From the NCBI GenBank assembly GCA_016214745.1, contig JACRNW010000016.1:591-64590 (forward strand): 64,000 nt of DNA, written 5' to 3'. The notes beneath the pieces were generated by a model, which did no database searches, was not told the DNA's origin, and was given only the letters and a program-made list of their open reading frames with translations. The translations under genes were made by a program, and so were the position numbers. Origin of the DNA: Candidatus Falkowbacteria bacterium. Its GTDB lineage: Bacteria > Patescibacteriota > Patescibacteriia > XYB2-FULL-38-15. Shown here piece after piece: positions 1 to 9,341 of the stretch (its first letter is position 1; the number at the start of each line of letters is the position of its first letter).

Positions 1-210
1 CAAGAGAGTTCTCAAAAAATCCAAAGCTCCGGCATGAGTTTGTTAACGGAAAAAATCCTAAAAGAATTTCCCGGCGGGGAGATCAAAAAAGTTAAACCAA
101 AACAAGATGGCAGTTATGATATTGATTTGATGTATAACGGAGTAAGTTATAAAATAAAAACAGATTCTACTGGAAATATCGTAAAGAAGGAAATTAAGAG
201 GGAAGATTAA
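1..210 (+). CDS. 3' end of a PepSY-like domain protein (partial, runs off the window start)
   Basis: Frame-1 ORF with stop at 208-210. C-terminus ...GEIKKVKPKQDGSYDIDLMYNGVSYKIKTDSTGNIVKKEIKRED resembles the PepSY motif (YEVEv..dGkeyevyVDA.TGkIlk). Confidence 0.35.
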   Translation, partial: QESSQKIQSSGMSLLTEKILKEFPGGEIKKVKPKQDGSYDIDLMYNGVSYKIKTDSTGNIVKKEIKRED

Positions 211-229
211 AAATCGGCTCAGCCACAAA

Positions 230-282
230 GCGGGCGGGCAAAAATGAAGGGGGTTGGGGGGAAGGAATTTTTGCCCGCCCGC
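230..282. repeat. Perfect 15-bp inverted repeat (GCGGGCGGGCAAAAA ... TTTTTGCCCGCCCGC) with a 23-nt G-rich loop at the left edge of GC-rich island 1
   Basis: Read directly from the sequence. No T-run follows, so it is not a classical intrinsic terminator. Confidence 0.6.
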
Positions 283-594
283 CGAAGCGAAACCCCGCCG
301 CCCTGCTCGTTTGGAGCAGAACCCAGCAAAAAAGTTTTCTTTTCCTTTTAGAAGAAAAAGTCGGGCGCGCGCAAATCAAAAAATGCGAACAAAACTTTTC
401 TGCGGTGTGGCGAGCGTTAGCGAGCGGCGGCGGGGCGGAGCGTCAGTTTCGCTCAAAAAAGGTTCGCGCAAAGTGTATAATTACAGCATTTGTAAACTAT
501 AAGATTTTAAAAAACAGAAACCTAAAATTTCTGTTTTTTTGTTTGCTTTTTAATCTTATTTATTTTAAGATATGGCCAGAAAGGGAGGATAAAA

Positions 595-822
595 ATGACG
601 GAAACCTACCTGACCTTTGGAAAACTCCGAGGAGGTGATAGGTTCATTGTACTTCCTCACAAGGGCTTCTGCTTCCGCTTGCACGGCGACTACGTGAAGG
701 CGAGCTACCTCTTCATGAAACTTGAAGGGCGGCTCGGGCGACGGCGCGCCAACGCCATCCGCCTCCGCAACGGCAGGACCTGCGTGATCCCGAACTTCGC
801 GCCCGTTATCCGGATCAGATAG
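595..822 (+). CDS. Hypothetical small protein (75 aa) in the GC-rich island
   Basis: ORF preceded by a strong RBS, GAAAGGGAGGATAAAAATG. High GC. No recognisable family. Confidence 0.35.
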   Translation: MTETYLTFGKLRGGDRFIVLPHKGFCFRLHGDYVKASYLFMKLEGRLGRRRANAIRLRNGRTCVIPNFAPVIRIR

Positions 823-853
823 CGGCCAAGGCCGCGAAGAAAGGAAGGAAGAG

Positions 854-1750
854 ATGGGAGAACGGAACTTTCGTGAAATGCTCGAGGCCAAGTGGGCCGA
901 AGGCAAGTTCGTCTGCGTCGGACTCGACACCGAACTCGGGAAGATTCCTGAGTGCGCACGCGTGAGCGGCGGCAGCTGGGAGCAGATCGTCCACTACAAC
1001 ATGGTGATCGTCCACGTGACCCGAGACCTCGTGTGCGCCTACAAGCCCAACTTCGCCTTCTACTTGAGGCACGGCGAAGAGGGGCTGCGCGCGCTCCACC
1101 AGACCATCGGCCAGATCCACAGCGTCGCGCCCGACGTTCCGGTGATTCTGGACGCCAAGGTTGGGGACATCGGCAACACGAACGTCGGATACGTGCAGAT
1201 GGCCTTCGACAGTTTCCGCGGGGAAGCGGACGCCATCACGGTCCATCCGTACCTCGGCGCCGAAGCGCTCGCGCCGTTCCTCGAGCTCGCCAACAAGGGC
1301 GTCGTCGTTCTCTGCCGCACCTCGAATCAGGGTGCGGGCGAATTCCAGGACCTGCCGATTTCGCTGGCCGAGCAACGCCGTGCTCTCGAGAAGCACCTCG
1401 GCCGCGAGATTCCCGAAGGGTCCATCCCACTCTACCAGTACGTGGCCTACCGCGTGGCCGCCCACTGGAACAAGCGCGGCAACTGCGCGGTAGTCGTCGG
1501 CGCGACCTACCCCGAAGAACTCGGGAAGGTCCGAGAGATGGTCCGCGACCTGCCGATCTTGATCCCGGGCATCGGCGCGCAGGGCGGCGACGTCGAGAAG
1601 ACGGTCCGGGCTGGCAAGGACAGCCGCAGCCGGGGAATGATTGTGAATTCCTCGCGCGGCATCATCTTCGCTTCGCCTCTTTCGGACTGGCCGGAAGCGG
1701 CTCGCCGCGAGGCGCAGAAGCTCCACGACGCGATCAACCAGAACCGGTAG
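854..1750 (+). CDS. pyrF: Orotidine-5'-phosphate decarboxylase, type 2 (long form)
   Basis: Motifs VGLD, KPNFAFY, DAKVGDIGNT and 298 aa length match type-2 OMP decarboxylase. RBS GAAAGGAAGGAAGAGATG. ~65% GC. Confidence 0.9.
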   Translation: MGERNFREMLEAKWAEGKFVCVGLDTELGKIPECARVSGGSWEQIVHYNMVIVHVTRDLVCAYKPNFAFYLRHGEEGLRALHQTIGQIHSVAPDVPVILDAKVGDIGNTNVGYVQMAFDSFRGEADAITVHPYLGAEALAPFLELANKGVVVLCRTSNQGAGEFQDLPISLAEQRRALEKHLGREIPEGSIPLYQYVAYRVAAHWNKRGNCAVVVGATYPEELGKVREMVRDLPILIPGIGAQGGDVEKTVRAGKDSRSRGMIVNSSRGIIFASPLSDWPEAARREAQKLHDAINQNR

Positions 1751-1763
1751 AAGGAGGAAAACC

Positions 1764-2387
1764 ATGAACGGACAAGAAGCCCTGGAAATCTTCAAGCGGA
1801 CCGGCGCGCTGCTCGATGGCCATTTCGTCTTGGCCTCTGGCCGACACAGCAGCCAGTACATGAACAAGGACGCCGCCTACTCTTTCCCCGACCAGATCTC
1901 ACTCCTCTGTTGGGGCATTGCTCTGGCTTTCGTCGATCGGCAGATCGACGTGGTCGCCGGACCGGAGAAGGGCGGCATCATCCTCTCGCAGTGGGTCGCT
2001 CACCACCTGATCGAGTCGGCCGGCCAGAAGATGCGGGCGGTCTATGCCGAGAAGGACGGTGATGGTTTCGTCTTCCGGCGCGGCTACGACAAGCTCGTGG
2101 CCGGCAAGCGCGTTCTTCTCGTGGAGGACGTGATCACGACCGGCGGCTCCATCAAGAAGGTCATCCAGGCGGTGCGGACGCTGAACGGCAACCCGATCGG
2201 CCTTGGCGCGCTCTGCAACCGTGGAGGAGTGGATGCCGAAGCACTCGGTATCCATGATTTCCACGCACTGGCCAACCCCACTTTCCTGACTTGGGGTGCC
2301 GACGACTGCCCGCTCTGCAAGCAAGACGTGCCGGTGAACACGGAGGTCGGCAAGGGCCGCGAGTTCCTGGCCCGACAGGGTCGGTAG
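1764..2387 (+). CDS. pyrE: Orotate phosphoribosyltransferase
   Basis: PRTase motif VLLVEDVITTGGS and overall OPRT-like sequence. 14 nt downstream of pyrF. High GC. Confidence 0.9.
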   Translation: MNGQEALEIFKRTGALLDGHFVLASGRHSSQYMNKDAAYSFPDQISLLCWGIALAFVDRQIDVVAGPEKGGIILSQWVAHHLIESAGQKMRAVYAEKDGDGFVFRRGYDKLVAGKRVLLVEDVITTGGSIKKVIQAVRTLNGNPIGLGALCNRGGVDAEALGIHDFHALANPTFLTWGADDCPLCKQDVPVNTEVGKGREFLARQGR

Positions 2388-2422
2388 TCGCAATCGCAGT
2401 CGCTACACATCAAGGAGGGAAC

Positions 2423-2455
2423 GGCGTGGACCACAAAGACCACGCCGCTTTTTTT
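2423..2455 (+). terminator. Rho-independent terminator after pyrE
   Basis: Stem GGCGTGG / CCACGCC (7 bp) followed by a T7 run. Confidence 0.7.
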
Positions 2456-2456
2456 A

Positions 2457-2531
2457 CCCCCACACCAATTAAAGTAGTTAAAAAATAACAAAAAATATTT
2501 ATAAGTACGCTTCGATTAATTGGTGTGGGGG
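2457..2531. repeat. 14-bp perfect inverted repeat (CCCCCACACCAATT ... AATTGGTGTGGGGG) with a 47-nt AT-rich spacer at the right edge of GC island 1
   Basis: Read directly. Together with the 230-282 hairpin it brackets the pyrF-pyrE island. Confidence 0.6.
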
Positions 2532-2588
2532 TGAATTGCCAAAAAAATAAAAATAAGTTAAGATTGGGTAAGAAATAACCTGTCTTTT

Positions 2589-3611
2589 ATGGACGAAGAA
2601 CGACTCATCACACCAAAAGAACAAAATGAGGACCAAGTGTTTGATATGACACTTCGGCCCAAGGTTTTGGCTGAATATATCGGCCAGGAACAGATTAAAA
2701 AAAATCTGGAAATTTTTATTTCCGCGGCAAAGAAAAGAAAAGAACCTATTGAACATGTTTTGCTTTACGGCTGTCCGGGTCTTGGAAAAACTACCCTCGC
2801 TCACGTCATCTCAAATGAAATGGGCGCCCAAATCCGTATCACTTCCGGTCCGGCGATTGAACGCGCCGGCGACCTCGCGGCGATTCTCACAAACCTCGGC
2901 GAAGGTGATATCTTATTTATTGATGAAATCCATCGCTTAAATAAAGTAATTGAAGAAGTTTTATATCCGGCTATGGAAGAGTACGCCCTAGATTTGGTTA
3001 TTGGCAAAGGGCCCGGCGCGAGAACGGTCCGTCTGGACTTGCCGCGTTTCACGATTATCGGCGCCACGACAAAAGTCAGTATGATTTCCTCGCCGCTCCG
3101 CGATCGCTTTGGCGCGACCTATCATTTAAATTTTTATGAAGACGCGGATATCGGAAAAATTATTAACCGCAGCGCCAAAATTTTAAACATTAAAATTGAT
3201 AATGGCGCCGTGGAACTTTTAGCCAGCCGCGCCCGCAAAACTCCTCGCGTCGCAAACCGCATTTTGAAACGCGTCCGCGATTACGCCGAAGTCAAGGCAA
3301 ATGGTATAATAACAATGGAACTGGCCGAAGTTGCGCTCAAAAATTTAGGCGTTGACCAATTCGGCTTGGATCAAATTGATCGCCGGATTCTTGAATCAAT
3401 TATTAAAAAATTTCAGGGCGGTCCGGTCGGTTTGAACACGCTCTCCGCCGCGACCGGCGAAGAACAAGCCACGATTGAAGAAGTCTACGAACCATATCTC
3501 TTACAACTTGGATTTATAAACCGCACGCCGCGCGGCCGGGTCGCCACTGAAACGGCGTATAAACATCTGGGCATTGATATCCCAAAAAATTTACAAGAAA
3601 AACTTGTCTAA
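2589..3611 (+). CDS. ruvB: Holliday junction branch-migration helicase RuvB
   Basis: Walker [18 protein letters not shown], full-length RuvB-like sequence. Confidence 0.95.
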   Translation: MDEERLITPKEQNEDQVFDMTLRPKVLAEYIGQEQIKKNLEIFISAAKKRKEPIEHVLLYGCPGLGKTTLAHVISNEMGAQIRITSGPAIERAGDLAAILTNLGEGDILFIDEIHRLNKVIEEVLYPAMEEYALDLVIGKGPGARTVRLDLPRFTIIGATTKVSMISSPLRDRFGATYHLNFYEDADIGKIINRSAKILNIKIDNGAVELLASRARKTPRVANRILKRVRDYAEVKANGIITMELAEVALKNLGVDQFGLDQIDRRILESIIKKFQGGPVGLNTLSAATGEEQATIEEVYEPYLLQLGFINRTPRGRVATETAYKHLGIDIPKNLQEKLV

Positions 3612-3617
3612 ATTTCT

Positions 3618-3848
3618 ATGACTCTTTCCGTTTTTCTCATCGTCTACTACATTTTCCTTGCTCTTTTTATCCTATTTTCTCTTTTCGCAATTTATCATTT
3701 GGTACGCTTTATCCCGCCAAGTTCTGCCGCTTTTTTCACTTTATATATTTTTTTGGCGGGCGCGGCCATAATTATTTTTGCTACCTGGCAGGGAATCCAA
3801 CTTATTGATTGGACCCAGACATTTTTCACTTTGAATTTTTCTTTATGA
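3618..3848 (+). CDS. Small integral membrane protein (2-3 TM)
   Basis: Hydrophobic 76-aa ORF. Its stop overlaps the next start (ATGA), suggesting translational coupling. Confidence 0.45.
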   Translation: MTLSVFLIVYYIFLALFILFSLFAIYHLVRFIPPSSAAFFTLYIFLAGAAIIIFATWQGIQLIDWTQTFFTLNFSL

Positions 3849-4411
3849 GCATTTATCTAAAAAGGTTTATCTCTCAAAAACCTTACGAAAAAATAATTTA
3901 TTTTTTACGGCGAGACACGATTGTTTTTATAAAACAACTGGTTCTTTTTATTTTTCTCCTGGCAATTCCTGTCGGCCTTTATTTCTTTTTTAAAAATACC
4001 TTTCCGTCGCTTTTACAAAGTACAATTTTTTATCCGCTGCTCATGCTTCTCGCGAGCATTTATTATTTAACTGTTTGGCTCGTGGCCTTTACCGCTTTTA
4101 TTGATTACTATTTGGATTTTTGGGTTGTCACAAACGACAGAATAATAAATGTGGAACAGCGCCTCTTCTCCCGAACAATTTCGGAACTTGATTTATTTAA
4201 AATTCAAGATGTTACGGGCCAAAGCAAGGGTTTTTTAGAAACAATGTTTGATTATGGAAATGTTTATGTTCAAACCGCCGGAGCAACTGGACGTTTTAAT
4301 TTTGAAGAAGTGCCAAACCCGCGCGAAGTAGCCAGCAAAATCATCGTCTTGGCGGAAGAAGATCGAAAATATCACTTGAAAGAATCAAACAGTACTGGCG
4401 GAACGGTTTAA
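3845..4411 (+). CDS. Membrane protein with a bacterial PH (YdbT/DUF304-like) domain
   Basis: N-terminal TM helices plus a C-terminal GYLETMFDYGNVYVQTAGATGRFNFEEV segment typical of the bPH_2 domain. Start moved to MSIYLKRF (ATG at 3845). Confidence 0.55.
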   Translation: MSIYLKRFISQKPYEKIIYFLRRDTIVFIKQLVLFIFLLAIPVGLYFFFKNTFPSLLQSTIFYPLLMLLASIYYLTVWLVAFTAFIDYYLDFWVVTNDRIINVEQRLFSRTISELDLFKIQDVTGQSKGFLETMFDYGNVYVQTAGATGRFNFEEVPNPREVASKIIVLAEEDRKYHLKESNSTGGTV

Positions 4412-4425
4412 AAAATAAATTTAAT

Positions 4426-4456
4426 AAAACACTCCGGTTTAATCGGAGTGTTTTTA
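4426..4456. terminator. Bidirectional intrinsic terminator between convergent genes
   Basis: AAAACACTCCG gtttaat CGGAGTGTTTT: 11-bp stem flanked by an A-run and a T-run. Confidence 0.75.
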
Positions 4457-4479
4457 TTTATGTCTTGGTAATTTATAAA

Positions 4480-6306
4480 TTAATAAATTGTCTTCACTTC
4501 CACGCCAGTATAATAATGTTTTAAAATCTGCTCATATGTACTGCCGTTCAAAGCCATGCCGCGCGCCCCGCGAGCCGAGAGTCCGACGCCGTGGCCAAAG
4601 AGACTAAGTCCGGCACAATTCGGATCTGGGCGCGAAACGAGCCACGCTTTCCCCGTTCCCCACCAAACTTCTTCCCAGGCTCTTGTCCGTCCGTCACTTT
4701 GAGAAAAATACGGCGTGACTACCACTTCGCCATTGTAAGTCACCATCAATCCGCGAGTATCTTCCACGGCTTTCACAAAATTTGGCAAACGAATTTCAGA
4801 ATTGTAACCACGATAAACCTGATCATAAGAACTGGCGTTTAAATGAAAATTTCCCGCCGGGTGTTTGCCGCCAACATTTAAATTATATTGAGCATAAGTG
4901 CGGGCGGCGATGGCCAACGCTCGATGATATTCGGCCGGATTATTATTTGATGATTCAGCCAAACCCTTTAAATATGTTTCAAGCGGCAATTCATTAATCA
5001 TATAAAGTTTTGCCCGATCTTCGCTCCAGCGTAATTCCAAATTGCCGCGAAATTTATTGTCATTTAAAGATGTGTTCCAGGCCGGCCGATCTTCAAAACT
5101 TGTAATTTCAAAAATCGTATTTAAATCCGGCGGAATAAATTTAAGGTAAGAAAGATTGTCTCTAATTCCGCCATTCAAAGACGCCGAATAAGTTTTTGCC
5201 GTAAAATTGAAAGCAACGGTTGCCGTTACTCCGCCCGGAACGGAAAAAATTAAATTATTTTCAGCATCACGAACTTCAAAAGCGGTGTTGGCGCGAAGAG
5301 TTTCCGCGGTCGTGGTGTTATAAAGACCAACGCGGATGGTCGGTTCGGGAACTGCGGGTGTTGGCGCAATAATCGGCGTTTCAACCGTCCCGGAAATTTT
5401 TATTGGCAGAGAAACTTCTCCGCCAGTGATTGCCTTGTCATTATTCATCAAAACAAAAGTTGGGCTATAATCGCCGCCTAAATTTCCCGCGAGAGAAAAA
5501 CTAAAATATCCTATCTGGCCGGGCAAAGTCGCGGATGAAACGGCCGCCGGACAATTGATCGCAAGCCAATTCGTGTCGCGGAAAGGTTCGGTCGCGGTTG
5601 TTCCTCCGACGCAAATCTTTACCAAATTGGCGCCACTTATCTCCCAGGCCGTCTGGCCTATATTTTTAAAACCAACAGTAAAATTAGTTTTAGCGCCGCC
5701 CGCTAATGCGACCGCCTGGCTGCTTTGAATTAATTTTGTAGCTCCGAAACTTTCCGCCGCAGCCGTGACGGTGCTCGTTGGGCTGCTCGCGACCGGAGCT
5801 TGCGTGGAAACTGTTCCGTTTGTCACGTTAACCGGCAAATCAATCACACCGCCCGGAATCCAAGTCAAATTTTCCGCCGCCAATTTTAATTTAATTGTAT
5901 AAAATCCCAAAAGTTCCGGCGCCTTGAGCGCAAAACGAAGATGCGCCGTGCCGCCGGGTAAAACTTTCGTTTCCAACATTTTTGCCGGCTGTTCAATCGT
6001 ATACCAGTAAGGATGATATAATTGCCGACCGGCGCTATCCACATAAAGAGAAATATAATTGCTGTCGGAATTATACCAAGTCGCTGTTCCGGTATTTTTA
6101 AAAACCGCTTCAAAAGTTATCGCCTTGCCCGGAGCCAAAGTAAGCGAACCAAAACTCTGAGAAATTTTTTGCGCCGTATATCCCGCTACAGTTGCCTCTG
6201 CTTTTCCGGGGACAAAACCAAAAACAAAAGCCAGGATCGCCACCAACGCAAATCCTGACAAAAATTTTTGGAAAATAAATTTTCTTTTTTTGCTAATTTC
6301 CATCAC
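4480..6306 (-). CDS. SpoIID/LytB domain protein (cell-wall amidase enhancer-like) with N-terminal membrane anchor
   Basis: C-terminal SpoIID/LytB domain (...TPYFSQSDGRTRAWEEVWWG...GHGVGLSARGARGMA). N-terminal TM. Confidence 0.75.
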   Translation of the reverse strand: MMEISKKRKFIFQKFLSGFALVAILAFVFGFVPGKAEATVAGYTAQKISQSFGSLTLAPGKAITFEAVFKNTGTATWYNSDSNYISLYVDSAGRQLYHPYWYTIEQPAKMLETKVLPGGTAHLRFALKAPELLGFYTIKLKLAAENLTWIPGGVIDLPVNVTNGTVSTQAPVASSPTSTVTAAAESFGATKLIQSSQAVALAGGAKTNFTVGFKNIGQTAWEISGANLVKICVGGTTATEPFRDTNWLAINCPAAVSSATLPGQIGYFSFSLAGNLGGDYSPTFVLMNNDKAITGGEVSLPIKISGTVETPIIAPTPAVPEPTIRVGLYNTTTAETLRANTAFEVRDAENNLIFSVPGGVTATVAFNFTAKTYSASLNGGIRDNLSYLKFIPPDLNTIFEITSFEDRPAWNTSLNDNKFRGNLELRWSEDRAKLYMINELPLETYLKGLAESSNNNPAEYHRALAIAARTYAQYNLNVGGKHPAGNFHLNASSYDQVYRGYNSEIRLPNFVKAVEDTRGLMVTYNGEVVVTPYFSQSDGRTRAWEEVWWGTGKAWLVSRPDPNCAGLSLFGHGVGLSARGARGMALNGSTYEQILKHYYTGVEVKTIY

Positions 6307-6477
6307 AATCTTTATAAATATTATATATTTATTATATCAAAAAATTACTAATAGGTCAATTTGCTTCTCCTACTATTATAGACGAACATTACGACGAAAA
6401 ATTACAAGCTATCACGCGAAGTTTTAAAGTGATATAATAAATTAATTTGCAATCTTAAATCTCAAATCTTAAATCCG

Positions 6478-7896
6478 ATGTCCCTTACCCGCCAAGTGGC
6501 GCACAATATGATTTATCAAGTCGGTGGAAAAATTACTTCCACGATTTTTGGCATCCTGGCTTTAGCCATGATGACAAGATATTTGGGCCAAGACGGCTAC
6601 GGCGGCTACACAACCATTATTTCTTTTTTACAATTTTTCGGAATTTTAGTTGACTTCGGCCTGACCTTGACCACGGTGCAAATGATTTCCGAGCCAAACG
6701 CCGACACGGACAAAATCACGAGCAATATTTTCACTCTCAGATTTTTTTCGGCTTTAATTTTTTTGGGCCTCGCGCCGCTCGTCGTTCTCTTTTTCCCCTA
6801 CGGCACAACTCTAAAAATTGGCGTGGCTATTACTACTTTTTCTTTTCTCTTTGTCTCCCTAAATCAAGTTTTAATCGGCCTTTTTCAAAAAAATCTTCGC
6901 ATGGAAAAAGTGGCCATTGCGGAAAATATCGGCCGAATCGTACTCGTCGCCGGAATCGCCGCAGTTATTTTTTTAAAAGCCGGTTTGATCGCCATACTGC
7001 TGGCCGTAATTCTCGGCAGTTTTGCAAATTTTTTGATTAATTTTATTTTTTCTTTAAAATACGTCCGCATCAGATTTGTTTTTGACTGGCCAATCTGGAA
7101 AGAAATTTATCGCCGCTCCTGGCCGATTGGTCTTTCCATCGCCTTTAACCTTATATATCTGAAGGCCGACGTGATTGCCCTGTCGCTTTTTCAAAGCCAA
7201 GCCGCCGTCGGTCTTTACGGCGCTTCTTACAGAGTTTTAGATGTTTTGACAACTCTGCCCATGATGTTCGCCGGACTCATTTTGCCGGTTCTTACCGCGG
7301 CCTGGGCGGAAAAAAATCTGGAGAGATTTGAACGGCTCATCAAAAAATCTTTTGATTTTTTAATGATGGTAATTGTGCCGATAATTTTCGGAACTATGCT
7401 TTTGGGCGAACGGATTATGAGCGCCGTGGCCGGGCGTGATTTCAGTCTTTCCGGAACGATTTTAAAAATTCTAATTTTGGCGGCCGGCGCGATTTTCGTC
7501 GGGACGCTCTTCGGCCATGTTATTGTCGCCGTCAAAAAACAAAAACAGATGATTTGGGGTTACGCCTCGGTCGCTGTTCTGTCTTTGGCCGCCTACGTTA
7601 TTTTTATTCCGCGCTACACTTTTTGGGCCGCGGCCTGGATCACGGTTTTTTCTGAGGGAGCAATCGCCCTTCTGACGTTTTTTGTCGTTTGGAAAAATAC
7701 CCGCCTCATTCCTTCGGGCAAAGTTTTATGGAAATCAATTCTCGCAAGTATTCTGATGTGCGCAGTTATTTATTTTTTGATTGGCATGAATCTTTTATTT
7801 TTAATTTTTTTAGGTGCCGCCGTTTATTTTGCCGCCCTCTACTTACTTCGCGGATTTAATAAAGAAACTGTTATGGAAATTATCAAATTAAAATAA
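6478..7896 (+). CDS. Polysaccharide biosynthesis protein / Wzx-type flippase (MOP superfamily)
   Basis: 472 aa, ~12-14 TM helices, typical polysaccharide-biosynthesis-protein architecture. Confidence 0.7.
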   Translation: MSLTRQVAHNMIYQVGGKITSTIFGILALAMMTRYLGQDGYGGYTTIISFLQFFGILVDFGLTLTTVQMISEPNADTDKITSNIFTLRFFSALIFLGLAPLVVLFFPYGTTLKIGVAITTFSFLFVSLNQVLIGLFQKNLRMEKVAIAENIGRIVLVAGIAAVIFLKAGLIAILLAVILGSFANFLINFIFSLKYVRIRFVFDWPIWKEIYRRSWPIGLSIAFNLIYLKADVIALSLFQSQAAVGLYGASYRVLDVLTTLPMMFAGLILPVLTAAWAEKNLERFERLIKKSFDFLMMVIVPIIFGTMLLGERIMSAVAGRDFSLSGTILKILILAAGAIFVGTLFGHVIVAVKKQKQMIWGYASVAVLSLAAYVIFIPRYTFWAAAWITVFSEGAIALLTFFVVWKNTRLIPSGKVLWKSILASILMCAVIYFLIGMNLLFLIFLGAAVYFAALYLLRGFNKETVMEIIKLK

Positions 7897-7898
7897 TT

Positions 7899-9209
7899 AT
7901 GGTTTGGACGATTTTGTTAATTTTATTTTTTTTCGCTTACGCCTACTTCGCTTGGCGTAATATTTTTTGGGCAACCGCGACGATTTGCGCTCTTCTGCCG
8001 GCGTATCTAATCAGGTTCTCGCTCGGCCCAATGCCCATGACCGCCCTTGAGATGATGATTCTAATTCTTTTTGCGGTTTGGTTTATAAAATTAAAATTCC
8101 GAAAAGAAAAGTTAAACAATCCAATAAAAATTTTAGAAAATAAAAAATGGACTTGGCCAATTCTTGCCTGGCTTTCCTTCGCCATAATTTCAATGCTTAT
8201 TTCGCCGGATTTACGCGCCGCCGCAGGCATCTTCAAAGCTTATTTTTTTGAACCGCTTCTTTTTCTGCTCGTTCTTTTGAGTGTGGTTAAAACAAAAAAG
8301 GATTTGGAAATATTTTTTTATGCTTTGGGTTTTTCCGCGCTCTATATTTCCGCTTTTGCCATTTACCAAAAATTCACCGGTTTCGCCATCCCAAACCCAA
8401 TCTGGCAGGCGGCAGAAACCCGCCGCGTTACGAGTTTTTACGGCTATCCAAACGCGATCGGACTTTATCTCGCGCCGATTGTCATACTTTACGCAGGACT
8501 GTTAATTTCTAATATCCAATATCTAATATCAAAAATCAAAAAAGTAACCGCCAGATATTGGCTATTGGATATTGGCTATTTGCTGTTGGTTATTGCCGCT
8601 TCAACGGCATCCATCATCTTCGCCCGTTCCGAGGGCGCTTATGTCGGAATCTTGGCCGGTTTATTTTTTCTGGGGCTTATGACAAAAAAATTGCGTTGGC
8701 CGACGGTTGCGCTCGCGCTTATTTTTGTCACAGTCATCGCGCTCGTGCCGCAATTTAGACATTACGCCGTGGAACAGATAACTTTTAAAAATGATTCCGG
8801 CAAAGTCCGTCAAATTATGTGGCGCGAAACTTGGCAAATGCTCCGCGACCGGCTTTTTTCCGGAGCGGGATCAGCCGGCTATCAGGAAACTTTTGCACCA
8901 TATCACAAAGCCAAATACATTGAAATTTATCTTTATCCCCATAATTTATTTTTAAATTTTTGGACTGAAATGGGTTTGGGCGGTTTGATTGTTTTTTTAC
9001 TTATTACTATAAAATTTTTCAAAGACACCATAAAAAAATTTCTCGCCACTCGCCAGCCGTTATTTATTACTCTCTCTGCTGTCATGATTACAATTCTTGT
9101 CCATGGTCTGGTAGATGTCCCGTATTTTAAAAATGATTTGGCAATTTTATTTTGGCTTATTATTGGCCTATCTCTTTTTGAATTAAAAAAAATACCAAAA
9201 AATATCTAA
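7899..9209 (+). CDS. O-antigen ligase/polymerase-like (Wzy_C) membrane protein
   Basis: Polytopic membrane protein with YPHNLFLNFWTEMGLGGLIVF (Wzy_C-like motif). 3 nt after the flippase gene. Confidence 0.7.
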   Translation: MVWTILLILFFFAYAYFAWRNIFWATATICALLPAYLIRFSLGPMPMTALEMMILILFAVWFIKLKFRKEKLNNPIKILENKKWTWPILAWLSFAIISMLISPDLRAAAGIFKAYFFEPLLFLLVLLSVVKTKKDLEIFFYALGFSALYISAFAIYQKFTGFAIPNPIWQAAETRRVTSFYGYPNAIGLYLAPIVILYAGLLISNIQYLISKIKKVTARYWLLDIGYLLLVIAASTASIIFARSEGAYVGILAGLFFLGLMTKKLRWPTVALALIFVTVIALVPQFRHYAVEQITFKNDSGKVRQIMWRETWQMLRDRLFSGAGSAGYQETFAPYHKAKYIEIYLYPHNLFLNFWTEMGLGGLIVFLLITIKFFKDTIKKFLATRQPLFITLSAVMITILVHGLVDVPYFKNDLAILFWLIIGLSLFELKKIPKNI

Positions 9210-9225
9210 AAATTACAGACAAGTT

Positions 9226-9249
9226 CGCCTCCCAAAACGGGGGGCTTTT
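9226..9249 (+). terminator. Intrinsic terminator after the O-antigen-ligase-like gene
   Basis: CCTCCC aaaac GGGGGG C TTTTT. Confidence 0.6.
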
Positions 9250-9341
9250 TAAATATGGGGTTGACATTTCTTGAAATTTATGTAAGAATAAAGTGTTTGG
9301 TTCGTTTGCACCCCAAGAGAGGGGTGAAAGGAAGGATATAG

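Noticed and set aside
254-502. 82-aa Arg-rich ORF in the GC-rich leader
   Set aside because: No RBS. The composition is an artefact of GC-rich hairpin DNA (230-282 inverted repeat).
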